Below are positions 12,538-24,600 of a DNA stretch of 64,000 nt, piece after piece (the first letter of the stretch is position 1; each line of letters begins with the position of its first letter). Under the pieces are notes generated by a model. It saw only the letters and a program-made list of their open reading frames with translations, did not search any database and had not been told where the DNA came from. The DNA comes from Balanoglossus misakiensis (taxonomy: Eukaryota; Animalia; Hemichordata), in NCBI GenBank assembly GCA_040954595.2, contig CM082576.2:6017129-6081128 (forward strand), in the 5' to 3' direction. The position numbers and the translations under genes were made by a program.

Positions 12538-15500
12538 ATGGCAAAGTGGGGCGAAGGAGATCCAAGATGGATTGTCGAGGAGCGTGCCGATGCAACAAAT
12601 GTGAACAATTGGCATTGGTAAGTTTCATTGAAATGAACGGCGGATCATAGGGATTCGCGAACTGCAAGTTCACAGTTGTACCCAAGTTCGCGATAACCCA
12701 CACTACACTGGTAGATGACCATCCAGACTCTCAAATTTCATGTCTTTCTCGAATCTCTAAAATAACACCGAATGAATCCCTAAGATGTATTCGATCGATC
12801 GATTGCTGAAATGTGTGTTTTGTTGTTTCTTTTGTGTGAGAGTGTTGTTACTGTAAACTGACTGCAGTCAGTAGTGTTAGTTACTGTTACATCTCGGCAC
12901 ATGATCGAGACATATGATTGAAAATCGTCAAAAACGTACACTTTGGACTTAGTGATTTTATGCTAACAATGATTATGATATGATACTGATAGCGTGCGCT
13001 AGTGAAATATGAATGATTTATATGACTGCCGTGTGTGTCCGTTGCCTTGGTGATAATTAGATTACCCTCTCTCCAGTCCATGGTCATAATATTTCGGAAA
13101 TAAAGACATTTTCCATGGTCATTTACATAAATGAATTTCATAATCATAATTATTTGGTTTGTACGAGCATGGTCACTCCACAGTGTGGAGTTACCATAGA
13201 GAGATACACATGCCACATATTGAACTTATTCGACATAGAGATCCCATCACCTGGGAACCCAAGCCATTTTAGGCTAAATTTCAGAATAGGTGTCAATGCA
13301 GTCAAGCCATGAACATATTCATGAGCTCATATACAATGAATTGGGATGACCCTGTCATTATTCTGTGGTTGGATTGTTTGTAACACCTATTCTGAAAGTA
13401 TGTCCCATTTTATTCCAGATTCAACATCTCAGTTCTTGTTTCTTCACCTTATAGGACAGAAAAGAATGCAACCAATTGGTCAAGGGATAAACTCAAAGAA
13501 TTGTTTGTTGGTATCACAATAGAAAGTGAAAAAGGCAAGTTAAAACAGTTGTTGCTAGGAAAAGTTCTTCTTTGAAAAGATGATATGGTGACGACGGTGG
13601 TGGTGGTGGTGGTTGCATTGAAAGCATGGCAGAGTGAAATATGTGATTTTTTGAGACAGAGACTGACAAGAAGGTTGTCAAAGTTTGTCTGCTAGAACAG
13701 GGTAGTGGGTAGAAGGGAAGCCCTTGCCTCTAACCAGACACACCAATATGATGGTCTAATACACAATTGTGTTGGTCTGTGATGTCGTGGCAGGTTCTTG
13801 TGAAATAACAGAAATTACCAAGTGTGAGGGTGAAGCAACTGCAAGCAACAGGAAAGCGAAACTGATATTCTTCTATGAATGGGATATCAAATTAGAATGG
13901 AAAGGTAAGAGGCTCACTGGTATTGCCTTTTTTTACATGTTTGTTCATAAATACAGCTAATGGACATTCTCTTTTCTTCAAAAAGCTTGATTCGTATCAT
14001 TCATTACAGGCTTGATATATTGTTAACTAAATTTTACTCCTTGTGTTGTTACCTCACAACGTTTTATTTCTGTCTTGCAGGTAATCTTAAGGACTGTGAA
14101 ACTAAATTGACTGGATATGTAGAAATTCCAAACCTGAGTGATGAGAATGATGCAGATGATGTAGACGTAAGTGTAGCATTTGAAAAAATAAAAATAAAAG
14201 AATTATCAAATAGTAATCTGGTTTTTGAAAACATTAGAGTCACAACCTGCAGTACAGCACTAAGAAGATCTAGTGCAGTGTAGATTTATTTGAGGTCTAC
14301 TGCAAATTGTTAATGGACGATAACTGGAAGTGAGAAAATGCAAGCAGTATTCACTCACCCTTTCTGAACTCTTTGGACACTTCTTTGTAGTGTTTTTTTG
14401 TCACAGTTATTTCAAATCAAATTGCTCTTCTCACGCTCAGTTTACAGTGACAGTGAAAAAAGAAAGCGATGAAAGCCGGACACTGAAAGATCTCATGAGG
14501 AAAACTGGCGTAGAAGTCTTAAGGAAACAAGTTGCAACTTACATGACTTCTTTAAGAGAAGGTGTGTTTTAAAAAGTTTGAATTCATTTATACTTTATGC
14601 AAAGAGATGTACTACTAACATTCTGATTCATAGTTCAAATCAACATTTGACATGGTGGAGTTGTGTGCAATTATTACTAGTTGGGATCAATGCATAAATA
14701 AATAAAACAGGGGGGGAAAACTGCTGTCCTACTACGTGTACATCTTCGTCCTTTTCCACCAGATAGAAAAATGTAGCGTACTAGATGAGACTCTTGTGTG
14801 TACTGCACCTGTAGCTGAACTTTCAACATTCGATTCTGTCTTTCATTTAATTTCAGAATTCAGTCAAGGAATGATTTTACCAACAAAAGGCGCTCCCAAC
14901 GCTAACACCAAACAAAATCAAAATAATCAAAAACAGGTAAGTTAATGTCATATCTGTGAGATGTAAGAGTCATGTGCTTCTGTTGTGTGTAGACAAAAAA
15001 GTTATATACACATTCACATTCGAAAAAATCATTGATTTATGAAAATTTTGCAGCCACAGAAGAAAAATGGTGTCGTTTCACAAGCAAAGGAGGTCAAAAA
15101 TGCATCACTTGGGGTCAAGATTCCAACCAGCAATATTGAAGATAAACAACAATTTAAGTGCAGAGCCTGTGAATTATATGAAGTGTTGACAGATGCTCAA
15201 GTAAGTGAACAATATTTATTTTCTTCAAGTCTATAAAAACGTGGCAACTTAAGTTCAAATAAAAGTTTCTCAGAAACATATTTTGAAGACCAAAAACAGT
15301 GAATTTCTCACCAATCTGTCTGTTCTTTATCGTCTCTTTTCTCCAGAGAGTGCAAGTCTTTATGAGATCTAAGGTAGAGATGGAAGTTGAACCAGAAGGC
15401 CGTTTTACATTACTCGATGGCAATATAAGTGGACAGTTTGTCCAGCTGGTAAGTGGAAACTGACTGAGAGTTCTCATTGTACGCACTTTGATCACAAATT

Positions 15501-15797
15501 CTGCGGCCATTTATTTTTTCAGCTGAAAGCCGAAAAAATAATATCATCATTGACTACTTTATTTTTCGACAGGTTCCTAATAAAAAGATAGTGCAAAAAT
15601 GGAGGTTCAAATCTTGGCCGGAGGAACACCACTCAACGGTCACCATAGAATTGGAAGAAAAGTCCGACCACACTTCGTTAAAAATGACTCAGACCGGAGT
15701 GCCGACCAATGAATTGGAACGGACGAAAGAAGGCTGGGAGAGATATTACTGGCAAAGCATCAAAAGTACTTTTGGTTTTGGAGCTAGTCTTTTTTGA
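12538..15797 (+). CDS. AHSA1: activator of Hsp90 ATPase (Aha1), 9 exons
   Basis: Motifs MAKWGEGDPRWIVEERADATNVNNWHW, NRKAKLIFFYEW, EIPNLSDEN, EFSQGMILPT, QKWRFKSWP and GWERYYWQSIKSTFGFGASLF*. Exons 12538-12617, 13455-13534, 13794-13904, 14081-14166, 14441-14561, 14857-14936, 15054-15200, 15347-15448 and 15573-15797 splice in frame. Confidence 0.97.
13279..13397. repeat. ~120-bp fold-back (15-bp perfect terminal arms) in AHSA1 intron 1
   Basis: tttcagaataggtgt (13279-13293) is the reverse complement of acacctattctgaaa (13383-13397); the inner sequence pairs imperfectly. Confidence 0.7.
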
Positions 15798-16250
15798 CAG
15801 GAATGAACATTTCAGTTTTGTGGATGATTTAAAAAAAAAAAAAACAGAAATGTAAGTTATCAGGGCAAATTTTTGAATCGCAACAGGGTGAGCACTCAGC
15901 ATTTTAGTTGATCAGATTCCCACGTGCTCCATTACTTGTACCAAGACCTTCTATTTTGAAAAAACTTGGAAGACTTTTACGACACAATTCAATTGAAAAA
16001 CATTTTAGATTATTTATTTGAAGTCGAAGTCCGGGCCCATTTCCTCATGAGAATTTACATTTTGCAGTCATGTGTTTAGAGGTCATCAGTGTTTGCTTCT
16101 TAATGATTTTAATGTTTGTCGGATAATTTTTTTTTTAAATGGAACATTTGAAAATTGATCCTAACCCAGGGAGAGAATTTTTGTCAGCATTTTTAGCATC
16201 ACAGGTGGTCACTGTTCACAGATGTAAAGTCATTTTTTTAATCGTGTGTC

Positions 16251-16331
16251 AATAAATCGTGTAATGAAGTGGCTGATGACAATACCCAGTAGTGGGAACA
16301 AGTCTTGTTCTGTTTTTAAAAAGTCAATAAA
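16251..16331 (+). terminator. candidate AHSA1 polyadenylation signals
   Basis: AATAAA at 16251-16256 and 16326-16331, downstream of the AHSA1 stop. Confidence 0.5.
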
Positions 16332-16394
16332 ATATTCGTTCAGAAACAAATATGATCAGACAGGTGAACTCTGTGTATACATATATCTCAATAT

Positions 16395-16400
16395 TTTATT
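16395..16400 (-). terminator. candidate USP34 polyadenylation signal (implies ~2.3-kb 3' UTR)
   Basis: tttatt on the + strand is AATAAA on the - strand; I saw no credible coding exon between 16400 and the USP34 stop at 18667. Confidence 0.4.
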
Positions 16401-18666
16401 TCTCTCTTTTTTTGTTGATGTTGTCACCATCGTGATGAAAGCAGTGGTTTCTATTTGAAAGGGGGGGAAAAAAAAACTTTGTACAAAACTATAAAATTAC
16501 AAAGCATCATTCGTTTCACAAACATTTTAATACTTTTTGTCTCCCATTTTAACACTGATCACACACGCACATGCACGCATACATGTATAAAACAAAAACA
16601 ATGATTAGCCGGTTGTGACAACACTAAAACATCTGGCAGACTGCTCCGAGCAGTTGACAAAGAAAATCACATAGAGTTGCATCTCTGGTGTAAGGGTCGG
16701 ATTAAAAGGTCTGTAAAAAGCTGTTGCAAAAGCAAGCCCTTGATACACTGCACATATTTCCCCCCATCCCTCAGCAAACACCTCTAATACTGCCATCCCC
16801 ACACGCGTTTGGTAGCTTTCACTTTTTCTCCAGCATCATCAACATAATCTATTTCAAACACTTCTTTGCTTTTTGGTAATGTAAATATTCCAATTTTGTA
16901 ACAGTAATTGACATCAGACTTGCATGTTATTATACCTAGCTTTTTGGCAGCACCGCCTAATCCCAAGTGATCAAGGGTTAAACCCAACCAATCACTGGAT
17001 CTAGTATTTCCAACCATATCCAAGTCACACTGGGTGAACCATCTGGAGCCCCAGTGAAGGGCCCATGTTCAACCCCTCCAACCCCACTCCCCTTTGTAGA
17101 GGTCCAGCATTACCCTAGAGAACAATGGATTGGGGCTGAACCATCATGGTGACAGGGTTAACAAACCCCTGCCATCCTGTATATAGTCCCATGTTAATCT
17201 CCTACAGTCCAACACACACTGCACAGTCGTGGTTTCAAGCAGCAAACCCCTCTGATTTTACATAACACCTTTTCCATATAAAGAAAATTAAAGCGATCTT
17301 GCTGTAGCTGTCAACGTGACAGAAGAGGGTCAACCAAAGGGAGGATTGCACAAAACACAAAAGAACATGATTCTGTAACTTACAGCCACGAGTTGGAAAA
17401 AAAATGGACTCTATTCCTGTCATAACTACTTGGTAATTATTTACACCCTGCAAAATTTACATTCACTGTCTGGCCGGGTCCACGCATGACCCTCACTCTC
17501 TCGTAATTAAAAATGCATTAGAACTGGGGAAAAAAGCTCCTGTAAAAAAAGTTTCGACACAAAAAACACTTCAGAAATGTAGGAAGCAACAAAGCACCTC
17601 TAAACACAGGACATAGCACCATATTTTTTTTGCTAGTTTTCTTTTTTACACATCCCAACTTGGGAACACCCTCCAGTCTTCAGATATACACAAGAATTAG
17701 ACAACATAAAAAGCATTCAAGAAAAAAAGGTAAGTGACAAATATTCAAGCATTGGAAGTAAATGATTATAAAAACCAAAACATTTTTTTAACCAAACTGA
17801 CTCGCGAGAGTGTGGTGCATTTTATGTACAACTGGAGTCAGTCCCTGGGAAACAAATGCAGATCTTCAAAAGCAAACGAGAGATAAAAAGGAACATGGTA
17901 AAAACAGATCTGTTTCGGTTCACAGAAACACTTCAGCTTTCACATTCCCGGTTCAAGAGTAACTTCTCCGAGTGATACTCTACAGAAGAGAAGAAAGACG
18001 AGAGCAACAGAAGTCAACTTTGAGAATTTGAACATTCATCCACAACACACATCGAACGAGATTGCATTTTCTTGCAGTAAAACATCCCAGAATGGGAACG
18101 CTGAAGGTTTCTCCTTCATCGCACACAAAAGTACTTTCATCTGCCACAGTGCATTTCCCTATAAACATTACTCATTTCCTGATAAAATTCAGGAGTCTAT
18201 AAATAAAATAAATGTCTGATCGACACAGTCACCCCTGACCAGATCATTAAAACACTTTCGAATGCCTGCTCTATCACGTGAAAGCCAAGTGGTGGTCTGG
18301 TGATGTCACATGACACCCATGTGACTGTCACATGACACTACAAGAACTAACCAATGCTACTGCTTTCTTAACACACAGTTATCAGGCCATTTGCACTTAT
18401 ACAACTTTGGTTCCTATAAAAAATTTCCACTTTTTCCCCTATTTTCTAGGCAGCTTACCACAGAGCAATGGCTTAACACATTTCACTCACCCAAACCATG
18501 GGCCAATTCTAGTCAAAATGAAACTCATTTCCCTCGGCAGTAAGCTTTACAAATCTTCTAGTTACGCTGCATTTCTGTCCGGGTGACTGTCCTTGGCAGT
18601 ACACTGTATAATTCACCTGCTTAAATAGTTTCAAGAAATCACTTTCCACAGTGGGTGAAAAAAAAA

Positions 18667-21600
18667 TCAAGACTGGAATCTTGACAATGCCGACTCTATG
18701 GTCTTGACTAAAACATCGACATAATCCGTCTGTCTTGTCTGCTTGGCGCCATCTACAGTCGACCTCTCACCATCGCTGGATTTCGAGGTCGACGGCTGCG
18801 GCGAATGCGGAGTTTTCTCCGCTTCCTTCTCTTCGCCGTCGCTTTCTTTCGCATCATCTTTTTCCTGCTCATCATCTTTGATTTTTGCCTTCTTCGCAGG
18901 CAACTCACCACAATCATCATCACCTGCAGAAAAAACAACAATGGTGAAACGGAATGAGCAACTGGCAAGATTATTAACAACTCTTTTTTTCAGTGTGACT
19001 GTGATAACTGTGACAACTGCACAGGAATATGGCAGCCAAGGGAAAGTGTCAAAAGTTCAACGTCACCTTCAGCTTCTTGGTTTTCCAGCTCTTCTTCCAG
19101 CTTGTCTCTCCTGACCTGATACTCTTTGCAGACTTGCAGGATGTGTTTCAGTGCTGGAATGAGCATCGCGCTGATTTGTTTGGGTGGAACCACGGAACAC
19201 ATCAGCACAAGCACACGCAGATCCTGCCAGAGAGAGACACACAGACACACCCAGTCAGTTTCCGGCCTTTCAGGGAATACAGCAATCTCAACCATGAAAT
19301 GAGGTTCTGAGGTTCGCTTGTACCACATGAATCAACAGCACAAAGCACTAATCACCCTGATGATGGACTGTACAGAACTATTTACTTGTCTTACCCCAAT
19401 CATCCTATATGCTATTGTATGGAGCTGAGCAGCATTACAGTTGTCAACCTGATCCTTGTCAGCAATCAGTGATGTCACTATGGTGTTGATCAGTGCACAC
19501 CAATTGTTCCCCAAGATTCTGTTGAAAACCTGCAACAGAGATTATCCAGCATTAGGAATGATAACTGGGTTCATTTAAAAAAATAAGCACCAGGTTGGCA
19601 TTGTATTGCTAAATCTGTAATTTATGATGCCAGTATAATTTCTATTTAACAATTTTTTCTGCCACGACGCACAGACAAAAGCTGGATGCGACTTGAATTC
19701 CATGAAACTCACCTTTGGAAGGAAAATGCAGAAGAAAGCATTGATGGATGGATTGTTGAGGCACGCCCTCTCATCCAGGAATATTGCTTCCACAAACTCA
19801 TGGAATGTTGGCACGTTACACAACACCTTGATGCAACTCTTGTCAACTGCCTGTAATTCATCACAAGAAAAACTTGTTGTTACAATGGAAACGTTGGTGG
19901 CATGTAAGGAACAAAACTGCTATTTGTATAGGCTGTTAGCCAAATAATATAATATAATTGATGTTTGGGGACTTTGGTTGCTTGATCTTGGGTGTAGGAA
20001 AACAATTTTTTGTCTGCTTACCTCAGAGTGATAAATGTCTTTCCAAAGCTTTGCAAACCATGACAGGTGTAATGGTATAGCTTCATAAGCTATAAGCACA
20101 CCTGCAATAACAAGACATAGTTTATTTGGTCAGAACAAATCAGTCACAGAAGTTGGCCTAAATCAGTCTGTAAATGCTAGGTGAGAACTGCATGATTGAT
20201 AGTCAGCATTAGCTAGTATTACATGTCAAAATGAGTAACTTCAGAATGAAAGCTTTTTCTGTGAATAACTTACTGAGATGTATCACTTGCTCTGTCATGG
20301 CATTGACATTGACTGCAGTACGACACAGCATATCAATGAACAGGTGGTAGGGTTGGAAAAACAGCAGCAAGGAAGTATCATACGAATCATCATTGCTCTG
20401 TGGACAAACAAAAAATGGAACCGATCAAGTTATCACTTCAACAACTGAACATGGCAAGCTTCTCAAAGCAGCAGAATGTTGATGGTATTTCTTATTCACA
20501 CGTCTTCTTACCTTTGCTACTTCCACTTGGTTGTGATGTAGACACATCTGCAGTTCTGGACATGGTGGTCTGATGTTGGCCTTGTTCAACATCGGGTGTT
20601 GCACACGACGTGGGAAGTATGGCCCAGATGCTGAAATGGAGAAAGGGTTGACAACTAAGCCAGATGCCAGCACATTTGAATTCTCTACCTTGATCCCCCA
20701 AGTTCACTGCAATACTTTCAGCAGGGGTCACAGTGGCTAAAAAGTCAGCTATTTATCGCTGTACTCAGTGTCACTGTGCTATTTCTAATTTTGTACATTT
20801 TTTTCTCCTTCCACAGAATATTAGTCACTGGAACCTTTTGTCAGATTTTTGACTTTCACAGGTACACTTTCCAGGGATACATATACACACATGTACAATA
20901 CTCACCGGCTACGGGCGACTTCTTGAACGACAGATGAGCATGGTGGATGATGGGTACAAGGTTTTGGACACACTCCTTGTTGTAGACCAACAGCATGTCT
21001 TTCAACATTTCTGTCATGGAATGTACAAATGAGACGGTGTTACACAATTCACCTGGATACTAGCAGAAAGCTGCAACAAATATTGAGGCATACTGTAGTA
21101 GTCTTCTACAAGTTTTTCGTAAAGCAAAAAACCTTGACGCTGCCACAGAAAACATACCTAGACACTCATGCCTGAGTTCATCCGGGTTGTAGGCATTCAA
21201 CAACGTCAACAATTTACGAGCAAAGTCCATCCTCTCCTTCCAACTGAACACAGCTTGCTTGATTTCTGAAATGGACAACACAAACATTCTATGAACATCA
21301 AACGGTTCTCAAGGTACCTCTGAAATGACGGTACGTTTTTTTCTGACATTGGTTGATCATTACTACCTTGGAAGACTAGTGTTACTATGATCAGCACCTG
21401 GTAATACGTCACCTTTGAGTTCTAAATAAACCCTTGCACACTTGAAGACTGATCTGGTGATTGCTAAGAGTTCTATGAGATCACCGAGTACGTGACAAGC
21501 AGTGGCTTCGTGGTACATCATGTGTAACGTATTGACAGCCTGCAAGAAGAGAAAATAAATTTCCCAATTTAGAGCCGTGTAAAGTTAGTGAAATGAAGGC

Positions 21601-24600
21601 ACTTTTGACAGCATTGACAAGTTAATTGAAGTACACATACAAACATATGACCATGCATTCACTTATGCAACAACCTCATGAGAGATTACGTTTAACTCGG
21701 CAACTTCTGTAAATACCATTTACAGGAGACTTTGGGAAGAACAAGAGAGCTTGTATAAATAATTGAGTGTTACTTCAAAACTGCTGTACTTACATCTGTG
21801 AGCCGACTCAGTCCATGATTGCAGATGACTACGAGGCGATCTCGGTTATCATCTATGAGAATTCTGAAAGCACTGAAAATGAAGATTGAAAATGGATGAC
21901 GTGAGAAAAATCTGTTCTTTCTTAGTGGTCTGCAGGTTAGTCCAGGAACAACTTTAATACACAAGGCACGAGAATACAATGTGTCGTGGGTGCGTATAAC
22001 TAGTTTACCTGATTAAAGTAGTCCAGCACGAATTCCTCTCAAGGCATTCCAGATAACACAACAAAGTTGCTCTCTTGAAGTTACTGATCTCTTGAATTTC
22101 TTGCTCACTCATTCCCGGTCGTTTCGTCACAAACAGTTTCATCAAGCGAAACAGTTCATCGACAGCCTGTCAGAGAGAATGTATGCATGCACCATTAACT
22201 GCCTATACTATGAGAGCCACATTTCCAGGCCCTCATGTGTGGAAGTGGTACAATACCGACAGACTGGTGTTGAACCATACTGTGCTTCTCATGGTCATTA
22301 CACTTCTGTACCTATGCCTTGATAATGCTACACTGATCACATTGGGTGAGGACACACTGATTAAGCCTCCCTTGTTGATTTTGATAAACCCAACATTTCC
22401 CCCGCAGAGGGCACTGCTAAAAACATCCAGAGTTGTGTTTCTATCCATCCAATTTCCAAAGTGGCCGTTTTTTCAAATTTTCTGATGATCATAAGACACT
22501 TACCGTGGGATACTGACTGGCGTATGGAGTGAGGTTCTTGAAAGCCCACTGTAAATTCTGATGACCTGCTAACTGTCTTGTAAATGTCGGTGACTGCTGA
22601 CAACACAGTCGTAATAAACCATAGTAAGCAGGCAACATTACCCGGTTGAACATGATCACTTCCTGGTCATCGTGGTCAGCACTACACAGGGGGAAAAGGT
22701 CAAGGGTCATAGTCACAAAACTATGCACAATAATTCATTTTTCTACAACATTTTGCCTCATTCCCATTAAGAAGTTTCTAAGGTGAACAACGTTAATGTA
22801 TAACATTACTTACAGTATATAGTTGAAGGCAATGTTTCTAGTGACTGTTTGGTTCTCTACAATGAGTTTGACATTCTCAGGACAATCACAGCAGACATTG
22901 TACCAGAACAGTAACAGCGCCTGCAGAAATGAATATGCATTGTAACAAGTACAGTCTGTCAGAACAGGCAAAAAGGGGGAAAACTTGTCAGTTGAGGAAA
23001 TTTTTTGAGGAAATGTTTGAACCGCCATCCAAATGACCTCTCATGACCCGACTCACCTGTTTGTTGTGATTGGTTGAGATTGCCGGCTCTGACAGTTTGG
23101 GTTGAAACAAACTCCAGAGATCAGTGAAGTACGGCGAAAACTGAAACACAGACCACATACGTCAAGTTAGAAGATGACCGAAGAAATTTCCACAAATATT
23201 CACAAAAGATCAAATTTCAGATGACATTTTTTTTCAAAAAAATTCACTGCAGTGCAGCACTGTTCCCTCTTTGAAGATGCTGGTAGCATTAGGTCAACCT
23301 GACATGTAAAGACTGACTCACCATCAATTTCTCTGTTCTAGAAACTAGGCAGTAACTCATGAGAGCAAAGTACGACACCAACTTCCCGACACCATGAACA
23401 TTAGAATCTGTGAAAAAACATGGAACAAAAACAGTGATGGGAAGAGTTTCTGATATAACAAAGATATAAAGTTGAGGGAGACACTATCAACCTATTAAAA
23501 GTAATATTTATTCACAAATTTATGGATTTAAAACACTCACCAACATACTGTCTTGCTCTACAAAGTATTCGTAGAAGGAAACTGTAAATTTGATGAAGTA
23601 CTACCAAGGCATCAGGACTCATCTGAAAATGCAGATGCACATGACAGGTGAAACAAAGCTATGCAAATTAGCAGCAATTACACTAAGTAATGAATACTTG
23701 AAATTTGCATATTTGTGTCATTTTAGTTGTCAAGGTGGAGATAATGATTTTGATCATTGCACAGGGTCATTACTCACTCTGAGTTCTTTCTGTGGACTAT
23801 GTATACTCCTTGCTGACCTGAAGGCCTGTCTGAAATGGTTGTCAGGCACCAGAGATACAAGCAGAAACGCAGCAGCTGAAATAAATCACACAACATAGCA
23901 TCAGTTTAGTGATTGAATGATTATCTCTATGATCTCCATCAAAAACTGATGATATTGCCATTTGGTTGGGATATGCCACAGATTCTAAAATAATAGGCTA
24001 AATTTTTAATGCAAGCAATCAGATGTCATTCAGCACACCATAAACTCACAAACAATAATTTGATTCCAAGTAATTTTTGCAACTTACAATTTCTAACTCT
24101 GGGGTTGTTATGCGCTATCAGGAAGTGTTCCACCCAAGTTTCGATGTTCTGCAACACATAGGTGTGAGCCACCCTATTGCGAGGGGTTTGAGCAGCAAGC
24201 CAATCGAGACACTGCTGAGGACTGCATTCAGCTACCTGTACACAAAATAAACAGTGCTGATGGCATTAGGGGGAGAAGATGGTATAGCCAGTCAGAACGC
24301 AAGAGAGAGAAATCACAGATTTTTCCATTGACGCAGATAACAGTACCACCAGACACAGGTGCAATCAACATACCTCCCATATTCTTTGCAATATATGGTG
24401 TGTAAATTGTGGCATGCCAGGTGGACCACATATGATCTCCACCAGCATAGAGAGTAATTTGAAGAATGGCTGTGCTGCCTGCAATGGAAGAAGAAAGACA
24501 CGCAGTGAATTACACATGGAGCCAACATTCTTTGCTTCAAATTAATTTTTAAGAAACATAATGTCAAAGGTACAATGTAGGTAGGCAATTATTCAACTTA

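Noticed and set aside
13650-13750. Possible H/ACA snoRNA in AHSA1 intron 2 (hairpin, AGAACA, hairpin)
   Set aside because: Pocket geometry and ACA-box spacing are unconvincing by eye; it would need snoReport or Infernal.
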